Origin: Felis catus
Lineage: Eukaryota
DNA: 64,000 nt
NCBI RefSeq assembly: GCF_018350175.1
Contig: NC_058368.1
Coordinates: 125,924,001 to 125,988,000 of the forward strand
Direction of reading: 5' to 3'
The position numbers were made by a program, and so were the translations under genes. A model generated the notes under the pieces. The model was not told the DNA's origin, made no database searches, and saw only the letters and a list, made by a program, of their open reading frames with translations. Below are positions 25,859 through 36,700 of the stretch, in pieces; the first letter of the stretch is position 1; each line of letters starts with the position of its first letter.

Positions 25859-26743
25859 TCAGAGAGTCCTCCTTAAAATTTCTTGCAGCGCTGGTTTAGT
25901 GGTCACAAACTCCTTTAATTTTTGTTTGTCTGGGAAACTTTTTATCTCTCCTTCTATTTTGAATGACAGCCTTGCTGGATAAAGAGTTCTTGGCTGCCTA
26001 TTTTTCTGATTCAGCACACTGAATATATCCCACCACTCCTTTCTGGCCTGCCAGGTTTCTATGGATAGGTCTGCTGCAAACCTGATCTGTCTTCCCTTGT
26101 AGGTTAGGGACTTTTTTTCCCTTGTTGCTTTCATGATTCTCTCCTTGCCTGAGTATTTTGTGAATTTGACTATGATATGCCTTGTTGATGGTTGGTTTTT
26201 GTTGAATCTAGTGGGAGTCCTCTGTGCTTCCTGGATTTTGATGTCTGTGTCTTTCCCCAGGATAGGAAAGTTTTCTTCTATGATTTGCTCACATAACCCT
26301 TCTACCCCTATTTCTCTCTCTTCCTCCTGTGGGACCCCTATGATTCTGATGTTGTTCCTTTTTAATGAGTCACTGATTTCTCTAATTCTTAAATCATGCT
26401 CTTTTGCCTTAATCTTCCTCTTTTTCTCTGCTTTGTTACTCTCTATAAAGAGTTTGTCCTCTATATGGCTGATACTCTGTTCTGCCTTGTCCATCCTTGC
26501 CGCCACTGCATCCATCTGCGATTGCAGCTCAGTTGTAGCATTTTTAATTTCATTCTGGCTATTTTTTACTTCTTTTATCTCTGCAGAAAGGGATTCTAAT
26601 CTATTTTCAACTCCAGCTAGTATTCTTGTTATTGTGATTCTAAATTCTTGTTCAGACATCTTGCTTGTATCTGTGTTGGTTAAATCCTTGGCTGTCGTTT
26701 CTTTGTGCTCTTTCTTTTGGCATGAATTCCTTCGTTTTTTCAT
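25859..26743 (-). CDS. LINE-1 ORF1p (RNA-binding chaperone), uninterrupted 294 aa
   Basis: Coiled-coil region followed by typical ORF1p motifs RNNIRIIGVP, IQEAQRTP, RHIIVKF, QARKEW, YPARLSF and ALQEIL. Confidence 0.9.
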   Translation of the reverse strand: MKKRRNSCQKKEHKETTAKDLTNTDTSKMSEQEFRITITRILAGVENRLESLSAEIKEVKNSQNEIKNATTELQSQMDAVAARMDKAEQSISHIEDKLFIESNKAEKKRKIKAKEHDLRIREISDSLKRNNIRIIGVPQEEEREIGVEGLCEQIIEENFPILGKDTDIKIQEAQRTPTRFNKNQPSTRHIIVKFTKYSGKERIMKATREKKSLTYKGRQIRFAADLSIETWQARKEWWDIFSVLNQKNRQPRTLYPARLSFKIEGEIKSFPDKQKLKEFVTTKPALQEILRRTL

Positions 26744-26959
26744 TTTGAAGGGAGAAAAGGAATTAATGAGGTAGAAAAATTGAAATTAAAAAAAATTAAA
26801 ATTAAAAAATATTAAAATTAAAAATTAAAAACACACCCACACAAAAATCGAATAGATGATGCTAGATCCTAGGTGTGTTTTGGTCTGGGTGTAGAAAGTG
26901 GTTTGACAGATTAGAGAAACAAATGAAAAAAACAAAAGGGGGGTAGGGGGGAGACAAAA

Positions 26960-27600
26960 AAAAAAGGAAATAATTTGAGAATTTGAAAAAATGAATACAC
27001 TAAAGTAGACTAAAATACACAAAAGTAGAGAATATAGTAGAAAAAATTATAGAAAAATATTTTTAATAAAAATTAAAAATAAATATGATTTTTTTCATTT
27101 TATGTATTTAAGAAAAAAGAAAAGAAATGAAAAATGGAAAAAAGGTCAAAAAAGAAAAAAGGAAAAGACAAAAAAAATAAATCGCTTGAAAATTTGAAAA
27201 AGTGAATACACTGTAGTAGACTGAAATAAAATGATGGTAAGATAGAATTTGAAAAAATTTACATAAAAGCAAAAAATATAGTAAGAAAAATTAAATAAAA
27301 ATATTTTTAAAAGAAATTGAAAGTAAAAATGAAGTTTTTCTTTCTGCATTCAAAAAAAATAAATGAAATAGAGAAAAAAGAAAAAGAAAAAAGATTATTT
27401 GAAAATTTGAAAAGGTGAGTACACTGAAGTAGACTAAAATAAAATAATGGAAGTAAAGTAGAATTTGAAAAAATTTACACAAAAGTAAAAAAATATAGTA
27501 ATAAAAATTAAAGATAGATATTTTTAATAAAAATTGATAATAAAAATGAGTTTTTTCTTTCTGTATTCAAGAAAAAGAAAAGAATTGTAAATGAGAAAAA
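26960..27600 (-). repeat. Three degenerate AT-rich ~210-bp tandem units in the L1 5'UTR
   Basis: Core aatttgaaaa..tga.tacact..agtagact.aaata recurs near 26981, 27191 and 27404. Confidence 0.8.
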
Positions 27601-27796
27601 GGAGAAAGAGAGAAAAAAAAATTGAATAGATGAACCTGCTAACAGATTGAAGTAGGACTGAAATTGCTTTGTTTTCCCCTAGAAGTCAGTCCATGTAGCT
27701 CTTTATAGTTCATAGATTAAGCTGGCGGTGAGGTTTGTGTTCTTAAAGAGAGAAGTTGGCCCAGTTGGGCAGGGCTTGGTGTAACAGCTCCGCTCT

Positions 27797-27886
27797 CCCC
27801 TAGATGGCGCTGCTAGCCTACTGGGGTTGATTATTACGGTGGTCATTGGTGCGCATGCGCATGCGCGGGAGTGGTGAAAAATGGCG
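27797..27886 (+). promoter_or_regulatory. Motif cluster in the L1 5'UTR: CTCF-like, CCAAT (reverse), NRF1, YY1
   Basis: CCCCTAGATGGCGC at 27797-27810, ATTGG at 27845-27849, TGCGCATGCGCA at 27850-27861, AAAATGGCG at 27878-27886. Confidence 0.5.
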
Positions 27887-29829
27887 TCATCCAGCCACCC
27901 AGTCTGTTCTCCGGGTCAGCAGTTGCACACCGGTCCTCCATCTTCAGCTCTCATCCACTCCCCGCTTTTCCACTTTGTGTGACCAGGCCCCAGACAGTAC
28001 CTCTCTCCCAAGTTTTGTCTCAGATGCGGCTGTTTTCCCCGGCCCCTTACTTCTGAAGGACTGCGGCTTTGACCCGCTCCGCTCCTCTGCAGGAGGGTCT
28101 CACCGAGCGATGGCCGAATGAGCAATGGCCGAATGTCAGCTGTACCCAGGAATGCTTGCTTGATCCTGCTGCTGCTGGTGCCCCGAGACTGCAGCCATGT
28201 GCCAGCCCACCCCCTAAAAAAATTGCAAGACAGTGTAGCCTCAGCGTTTCAGGGACCATGGAAAATTGCAACACACATCTGACACCAGGCTTCACCCTCA
28301 ACGACCTTGCCCCAGCACCAGAGAATGTGGCTGCCTTCCAGGGTCTGCTGGGACCAGGTGGCTTCAACAGTCTCTACCAAATGTCCTTCCAGCAGTGGAA
28401 CCGCTTTTCCCCGGGTGGCCGGAGAACCTCCCAGACCCCACTCTGTTCCTGGGGATTCACCTTTCCCACCAGAGCACCACCAGGTATTGAGCTGCAGAGT
28501 TGCAACCTTTGCGCTCTCCTTGTTTACAGTCTTAATGGAATTTAAACCCTCTGCTTTCTCCTTTCTCCCTTTTTAGTTTAGTCCCTGCGGCTGTTTCCAA
28601 TTTTCCGCTTTCTCTCCAGCTGCTTTTGGGGAGGGGTGCTTTTCCCATACGCTCCCCCCCTCCCCAGTCTCCATCCTCTCTCCGCCCACAAAAGCGGTTC
28701 CCCACCTTTCGGGGTTTCTTGCTCCCCAAGTTCAGCATATCGTGTCAGGTACCTGCTGAATTCTGTGGTTCAGGCTGTGCAGATTATCGTGTTAATCTTC
28801 CAATCGGTTTTCTAGGTGTGTGGGATGGTTTAGTGTTGGTCTGGCTGTATTTCACACAAAAAGCTTCCATGCTGTTCTGCCACCTTGGCTCCTCCCCCTA
28901 CTTAAATAAAATTTTAAAAATCTATACATTTTTATGGTTCTTATTAGGTATTTGCAGTTAGGTGTGTATATGAATATATAAATATTTAGGACATGAATCA
29001 AAAGTGTATATTCATATTTATAACACATATACTTATTATATAAACATATATAACAAATACAGTATATATAGAAAAATATACAGTGAAAAATTTCAAACAT
29101 ATACAAAAGCTGAGATGATGGTATAAGGAATTCTCCATGTACTCGTAACCTAGTTCACCAGTTATCTATTCATGATCAATTTGTTTCTTTTAGAGCGCCA
29201 TTCATTTCCCCTTCTCCCTATTTTGAAACAAATCCCAGATACTATTTCATCTGTAAATATTTCAGTGTTTGTCTCTAAAAGGCAGGACCCCCTCTTTTCA
29301 GTATAACCACAATACCATCATCACACTGTGCCCAGTTTGTTAACCATGGGAGGATTTTTATTTAACCTTAATCTTATTTTGTATTACCTTTCTCCCAGGC
29401 CACAATCCTGGTTGTCATTAACACCAACATAATCACTTGATTTCTTTCTTTTATATATATATGATACATATAACAGGCTTAATACTACCACCAACAATGT
29501 GATTGCTGAAAAATGGTTTCAGGTTTTTGTTTTTTTGTGTTTTTTTCTCATGGTTCTCTTTGTACTAAGGGTTGTACTTTCCAAGTAATGTGTTTTATAG
29601 TCATTTGGAATAGTTCCTGTATCATTTCCACCAACTGCAAACAGATTCATTTTATTTCATTTTGCTTCTGATGTTTAGAGTTTGCTTTTTAAATTTTAAT
29701 TTTGTTTTGTAATTACATAAAATATTTATATGGTCCTAAAATCAAATCCACAAAACAGCTGATATCCATGGAAATTTAACTTCTATTTCTGTCTTTTTCA
29801 TATTATTCTCTCTCTACTTAGGTAGTTCT

Positions 29830-29862
29830 ATTATTATTATTATTACTATTATTATTATTATT
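29830..29862. repeat. (TTA)n microsatellite, one interruption
   Basis: Direct reading. Confidence 0.9.
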
Positions 29863-30066
29863 TTATAACATAATAACATAAGCATATCCTGGCATGGTTC
29901 AATAGTAGTATACTGTCTATACTTTTCTTCACTTTGCTTTTTTTTCTTAATAATTTATTCTAGAGAACATTCTATATTAGTATATAGATATATTTATAAT
30001 TCCTGTAAGGAGTGCATAGATTTCCATTGTGTTGATGTACCATATTTTATTCAATCCATCCACTAT

Positions 30067-30526
30067 TGTTGAGTTGAATTCTGTCCTCACACACACAAAA
30101 AAGATGTGTTCAAGTCCTAACCTCTGCTACCTGTGAATGTGACCTTACTTAGCAAGAGGGCCTCTTCTGATGCAACCAAGTAACATGAAATTATGTTCAT
30201 TTACTGTGTGGACCCTAATCCAATATGGCTGGTATCATTATAGAAGGGGAGAGAGACACACAGGGAGAAGATGGCCATGTGACAACAGAGGCAGTGACTG
30301 GACTAATGTGTCTACAAGCCAGAGAACACCAAGGATTATTGGCAAACACCAGAAGCTAGAAGAGGCAAGGAAGAATTCCTTTCTACAGTTTTCAAATTGA
30401 GCATGGCCCTGCTAACACCTTGCTTTTAGACTTTTGGCCTTCAGAAATGTGATGCAGTGAATTTCTGTTGTTTTAAGCCACCCACTTTGTGGTAATTTGT
30501 TGTAGTAACCCTAGGAAATGAAGACA
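30067..30526 (+). mobile_element. MLT1 (ERVL-MaLR) solo LTR, MLT1B/C-like
   Basis: TG..CA ends; cctgtgaatgtgacctta, acaccagaagctagaagaggcaaggaa and tttctgttgttttaagccaccc. Confidence 0.88.
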
Positions 30527-30883
30527 TCCACTGGCAGATATTTGGGTAATTGCTGATCTTTTGCAATTGCAAACAAAGCTACCATGAAAAGCTTTGTAAA
30601 TACATCATTTTTTATTTTTGCCATAGTAGTTTGAAAGGATTCTTAAAAATGAGATTGTTGATGAAAAGGGTAAATGAAGGTGTAGTTTTCGAAAACCCTG
30701 TCAAATTCTCTTCCATGGTGGTTTTATAATTTTGTATTGCCAGCAGTGATTTTTAAAAGTTCTATTTCTCCACACTTAAAATTTTGCCAATCTGATAGGT
30801 AAAAATGGTTTCTCAGTGTTTTAATTTTAATTGTGTCTTATTAGTAAGGTTGACCGTATTCTCATATAGTTAACAGCTATTTG

Positions 30884-30934
30884 TTCCTTCCTTCCTTCCT
30901 TCCTTCCTTCCTTCCTTCCTTCCTTCCTTCCTTC
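30884..30934. repeat. (TTCC)n microsatellite
   Basis: Direct reading. Confidence 0.97.
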
Positions 30935-31043
30935 ACTATCTGTTCCTTTATCTAGCCCATTTTTCTCCTTTCCCATATCCCGAAGTTATTTTTATATTAG
31001 AATTGTTAATCATTTGAGTTATGTGGCAAATGTTTTCTCCAGT

Positions 31044-31045
31044 TT

Positions 31046-31113
<68 letters not shown>

Positions 31114-31115
31114 TC
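31044..31115. repeat. (TTTC)n microsatellite
   Basis: Direct reading. Confidence 0.97.
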
Positions 31116-32321
31116 ACTTATTAGGGGTTAATTATTTAATGTCATCCTTAAAGCATTTTAAGGTCTTTATATCTTGACTTGAACAGTTTTGATCTATAAT
31201 CATTCCATGGAGCATATAGATACCTTTATGAAGAATAAAAACTAATGCAGAGGACTTTTTAGATTAATATTTTAAAACTTGTACATTATTGGTTCTAGGC
31301 TTATAATTGATTTTGAGAATGCCTGGCACAGTTCTAAGTTGTATGACTATAGAATTCAAGTTAGTGAAGGGATCTTTGCTTGAATTAAAGCTGTCTCAAC
31401 AGTGTCTTATGTATGGATAGAAAGTACTAGATTACCTAATTAGTAAGGAATGAATCCATAGTTTAGAGTTTGAAAAGATACATTCAGTTTTTAAAATGCA
31501 TTCCGTTGACAGTTAAACATGCCATTCATATACTTAAATAATTTAACTTTTATAAAACATGAAAAATTTATTAAGCCTGGGACATATAAATATATATCTT
31601 CTTCCAAGTAAATTTGTCACCTAAAATTTATTCTTTTATCCAGAACCTACAAGTAATTATAACCTTGAGCAAATGTACTTCATCTCCTGTCTCTGTAAGA
31701 TGGGGTGGTTGGAATAAAATATTTGTTAAGCCCATTCCAACTCTAAAATGTATTAATTGGCTTCTGTAATAAGGATCTGATATGTTTCTTAGAAAACACT
31801 TGAACCTATTTTATTTTTTTCTTAGTACCTTCAATTTGTACAAAAATTCAGTTCAGTACCTCTTAATTAATAGTTAAAAAAATGAATTTCACATTGTTCT
31901 GTCTCCTCCTATACTGCAGGGTGAATGGGCTGAGTCCTCATTTATAATAGAGTGATGTTTCCAGAGTGCAAGTGGTTTCCCAAGTGCAATTTCAGAGGCT
32001 TTTATGTGTGTGTGTATATAGATAGATTTATCGATATCTATAGTAAATCTATATATGTATCTGTTATCTATATCTACATATTTATCTATTCATACATGTA
32101 TGTATCTTTCTCTGGCAAAAGTTCTTCAGCAGAAGCTATGGAGTGCTTCTTTCCTCTCTCAAGGTAACAAGGAAGAGAGGTAAAAGTGACAGCAGATTCT
32201 CCAGAAGTTTCTCGAGTTAACATTTTTATTGATAACTTCCTGTGCTCAATTTGGACTCAAAATTTCAGTTACTGCTGACACCCAGGATTAAAGTGTCTGG
32301 CCCTATTATTCTCCTTCATGC

Positions 32322-32543
32322 TTTTTTTTTTTAATTTTTTTAATGTTTACTTATTTTTGACACAGAGAGAGAGACAGAGCATGAGCAGGGGAGGGACAGA
32401 CAGAGAGGGAGACCAAGAATCTGAAGCAGGCTCCAGACTCCGAGCTGTCAGCACAGAGCCTGGCGGGACGCGGACTCACAGACCGCAAGATCATGACCTG
32501 CGGCCCAAGTCCGACGCCCAACCAACTGAGCCACCCAGGCGCC
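32322..32543 (-). mobile_element. Can-SINE (felid type)
   Basis: ctgagccacccaggcgcc end on +, CpGs retained. TSD ttcatgc.tt. Confidence 0.92.
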
Positions 32544-32770
32544 TCATTCATGCCTTATTCTTTTCCTTCATAGAGTTTCTATTTGAAAATAATATACTTT
32601 ATATTTGTTTGTTTACTGTTTACCTTTGGGTCTGGATTGGAAGGCTATAAGGATAGGAATCAGATTTTGGTTTATTTTAAACTACTGAATATTTAATGAG
32701 TTTTTAAATTTTATTTGTATTATATTTTGAATTTGAATATATTATTTGATATAATAATTACAGTAAATTT

Positions 32771-32966
32771 GGAGGTGCCTGGGTGGCTCAGTCAGTTAAG
32801 CATCCCACTTGAGCTCAGGTCATGATCTCATGGTTTGTTGAGTTCCAGCCCTATGCCGGACTGTTGGCTGTCAGCGCGGAGCCCCCTTCGGATCCTCCAT
32901 GTCTTCTCTCAGTCCCTCCCCTGCTTGCACTCTCTCTCTCTCTCAAAACTAAATAAACATTAAAAA
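32771..32966 (+). mobile_element. Can-SINE
   Basis: Perfect 20-bp TSD ataataattacagtaaattt at 32751-32770 and 32967-32986. Confidence 0.93.
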
Positions 32967-33002
32967 ATAATAATTACAGTAAATTTAATTAATGGTTAAT
33001 TA

Positions 33003-33648
33003 CAGTTACTCCTCATTATTCATGGGTCCTACATTTGTGAATTTTCCCATTCACACTCCTTACTTGTAACCACCAACCTGGTAGTCCAGGCACCTCGGTA
33101 GTCATTTGTGGGGGTGCACATGCGTGGAGCGGTGAAAAAGTTGTGCCGCCTGAGGCACATGTTCCCAGCTGTGATCAAACAAGGCAACAGCTTCCTATTT
33201 CAGCCCTCATGCTATTAATAAGCGACTTTTTCAGGACCTATTTAATACCATGCATTTTGAGTTTTTGTTCTTTGTGTTAATAGTTTTCCTTTAAAATGAT
33301 TTGTGGGTGTGGTGCTAAAGTTCTGCCCTATGTTCCTAAGTGCAAGAAGGCTGGGATGTACCTTGCAGAGAAAATATATGTGTTAGATAAAGTTCTTTCA
33401 GGTATGACTTATGACGTTGTTGGCTGAGTTCGGTGATAATGAATCAACATTATATATGTTAATAAGGTGTCTTTAAACAGAAACACACATAAGCAAAGCT
33501 GTGTATTGATTGGTTGATGAAAATGTAAGCAGAGGCTCACAGGTACCTACCTTTATTGCCCCTACAGTACCATGATTCAGTATTTGTTAATTCATTGCTT
33601 GTGGAGATTTTTTTGGATATAACCACAATAAATAGTGAACCTCAACTG
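33003..33648 (+). mobile_element. MER82-like Tigger (Tc1/mariner) non-autonomous element, full length
   Basis: TA|cagtt ... caactg|TA ends; internal gttcccagctg, gttcctaagtgcaagaaggctg and aataaggtgtctttaaacagaaacacacataa match the recalled consensus. Confidence 0.85.
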
Positions 33649-33711
33649 TATTTAAATTTAGCTTACTTAAAAAAAATGAATATCTAAAAAAATGAATATC
33701 TAATGAATATC

Positions 33712-33775
33712 TATACCTGGCATATATAGTTGGTCAATAATAAATGTTTGTTGAATGAATGACCAAATGACTGAG
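33712..33775 (+). mobile_element. L2 3' end fragment
   Basis: cctggcatatatagttggtcaataataaatgtttgttgaatgaatga. Confidence 0.55.
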
Positions 33776-36700
33776 GATGATTGTGATCACAATCAAGATC
33801 CTGATAAAAGGATTAATCAGGTTACTTAGTGATTAAGCCAACAGCTACAAGTTGGTGGATTGTGCTGTGTGGAAAGAACGCATGTCCTAGCCCATCTCTA
33901 CCATTTACTGGCTGCATGGCCTCCAGTAAATACTTTAACATCCACGCTTCTGTTTCTTCATCCATTAAAACAACGATTATGAAATTCTTACTTCATGATT
34001 GCTATGGGGTTCTAGCCCAAGGCTTTTTGTAAATTAATATGAAAGCCCTTGATCATAGGTCTGGAAGTCAGGGGCCTTCAAATCAGACTCAGCTTGAGTT
34101 GAACTCACTGTGAGATGCTGACTCACTTCTCTCACCCATTAATTCCTGTCTCAGAGTTGTTCTTTTATAAAAATGAACGTATTAGACTAGATGATTCTCA
34201 AGGTCTTTTCTGGCGATAGCCTTGTAAGGGCCTATGTTAATAATAGGCTTGAGCTCTAAAGGGATTTCAAGGAGGTTCTGAATAGATCATAGATTAATTT
34301 TGTATCCCAGGACAAGGACAATGCCATGGACATGGTCATATTCCCAGTCCTTGGAATGATCTTGATTCTGCTCAGGCCCCTGTAAACTGATTGTCTCCCT
34401 AGGAAACCTTCTGTTAAACCTGTTACCATGATATTCTCTTCTCCAAGAGCAAAAGTTAATAGCACTGAGGCCTGAGTTCTTACCTGGAAGTATAAAATGA
34501 TGTCCCTCAGAATTGAAGAGTATTTAAGAGCCCTTAAGACTGGTGCCCAAGAGGATGGTATAATTAGGAAGTTAAAAATACAGATACAGTGAAGCACTAG
34601 CTATGTTTATTTATTTGCACAAATAAAACTCCATATATATGTCAGAATATTCACATATGTCAATGAACTGTCTACATTTTATAAATCTTAAGCCTGAAGG
34701 GACACAAACCAGTTATGACATACAGAACAAATCATATGACTCCTGAGCTTTCATTTCTTCTGCAGTGAAATGGGTGGTGACAATTCCTGCACTAGCTACC
34801 TCCTGGTGTTGACCAACAAATAAGACACGTTGTTTTATAATCTCATGGTGAATATGAGAAGGTCTTATAAGTACTATTTTTTATAACCTAGTTAAACCTT
34901 AGTATTACACAATGACAATGGCATATGACTCTGTCACATACATGTCAAATGCCAAAAGAAAAACCCTTGAAATTTCAGTTGGGTCATTGTTTAAGAAATT
35001 AATCAAGGGGAACTTAAGGAGAAGTAGGAGTGTTTAAAATCTTAATGTTCTTTGATGAAAATAAAGCTATTCTCTTTTGTTTTTCTAGTAAAGCATCTAG
35101 TTCTTTTCAGTGGTCCAGAAATAATGACTGCAACAATGGAAATATGATGTGTATGAATTATAACACTGAATATTCCCAAACAAGCTAAATAACAAAATAA
35201 ATTATCCAGAGACACATCTATTATCAATGCATACCTATGGTCTGAAATGGACTTGTGGTCCTGAATAATAAACTCATACTTCCGAAGCCAAGTACTATAG
35301 GGATTTGTGTCTAAATTTGACATCTGCCTCATTAGGGATGCAATTGGCCAAACAGCCTAGATGCTGGTAGCTATGGGCATATTCATATTAATTAAGATTA
35401 TTTTGGCAAACCTCTTTCTGAGGAATCAGATAAATAGTATCAGTACGTAACTCTATTGTTAATAGAGATAAACTGGTTGATATTCTGGGAATAAATAGTC
35501 TGTGTAGTTAATGAAATGTCCTGGCTCATGATATCTATTCCTTTCTCTGGATTCAAGGCTATTCTTTCCACTTGCATAACTGTCATAGTGAGAAACAGGG
35601 CTCTTTCAAATCTCCGTATGGCTTATTCGTAAAGTCATTTTCCAGTAGCAGTGTGATGACTCATCCATAAGCAATGACCTTGTAAAAGTCATCTAAAGGG
35701 AGCTGTAGAACTTTTATTTAAATTGATAAAAACATCAAGAAGTCCATGTAAAACTCAAAGCAACCTTGGTTTTCTGCTTACTGCCAAAACTAACTTTTCT
35801 TTTCCTTTTTTAAATAGTGACATTGGCTAAAATGAAGAATAATATGAACAGAAAAATACCTTCAAATATCCATTGAAGGAAAATTATCATATTGTTTCAC
35901 TAAACAGAGAACCCAAATAATCTGAGATATATATCTGTATTTAATTTTTAGTAAAAGGTTATTTGTTCAGTTATCAGAAATTTAATGAAGAAAAATAATC
36001 TAGGGAATATTCTTGGGCTCTTATTACACCAATTTATATTTTTAACTCTGGTTCTTCCCCTAACTAACTGCATGATTTTTAAAGTCACTATTCCAATTTC
36101 AACATTTCCAAGGTTCTTTGCAGCCCTAAATCTATGCTTATTCAGTGAAAACAGTACCCAGAATTATGATCAATTTCAATTAGTAAAGAGTTTGGGGAAG
36201 AGAAGGAAAGCATTTCTCATGAACAGTAAATAACTTTTAAAACCTTAAAGCATCCTGTTCCCTAAGCATCTGGGCTAATTATGAGATTTTATTAGAGAAG
36301 CTAGTTAAAATATACCAAACCTGCAACATTTCAGTATTTTAATGACCCTATATGATGGCCCATTGGGTTCTATTTTATGCCATATAACAAAAGTGGGCAT
36401 CTGTTGTAGATAAGTAACTCCTTTAGCCGGAAAATACAGATGATCTCAGCAATGTGGCCAGTGACCAAGACAGCTGGGCAGATGTGTTCCTTGCAATTAT
36501 CTTAGCAGAAGATGTAGATTCTTATCTGATGTTTCTGTTTGATTATCAGTCCTAAAGACTGATACAGTGAAACATATGCATGCTCACACAGCCTTGGGAT
36601 ATAAATAAATGCCATTATAAATTACAGAAAGATTAAATTCTTACACGAAGTTGGGAATGGTAGTGTTATGAAACACATCTCTATGAGATCCATTCTGTGA

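Larger units (their letters stand above)
21653..28898 (-). mobile_element. Full-length carnivore/felid LINE-1 (about 7.25 kb: 5'UTR, ORF1, ORF2 remnant, 3'UTR, A-rich tail)
   Basis: Minus strand begins GGGGGAGGAGCCAAGGTGGC (L1 5' end, YY1-like motif). ORF1 and ORF2 peptides occur in canonical order. 17-bp TSD ta[t/c]ttaaataaaatttt at 21636-21652 and 28899-28915. Confidence 0.97.
29070..31045 (-). mobile_element. Ancient L1M 3' fragment interrupted by an MLT1
   Basis: gaaaaatttcaaacatatacaaaag, ttcatctgtaaatatttcagt, ttccattgtgttgatgtaccata and ttttgccaatctgatagg. Confidence 0.65.

Noticed and set aside
26133..26774. 213-aa + strand ORF and the other + strand ORFs between 22 and 27 kb
   Set aside because: Antisense shadows of L1 ORF1/ORF2, with no independent evidence of coding.
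26960..27600. Repeat-spacer pattern resembling a CRISPR array
   Set aside because: Eukaryotic DNA; whole ~210-bp units are homologous, there are no unique spacers and no cas genes.
27846..28961. Several 60-158 aa ORFs in the L1 5'UTR (ORF0-like?)
   Set aside because: Expected in GC-rich sequence; several use non-ATG starts and I see no similarity to primate ORF0.
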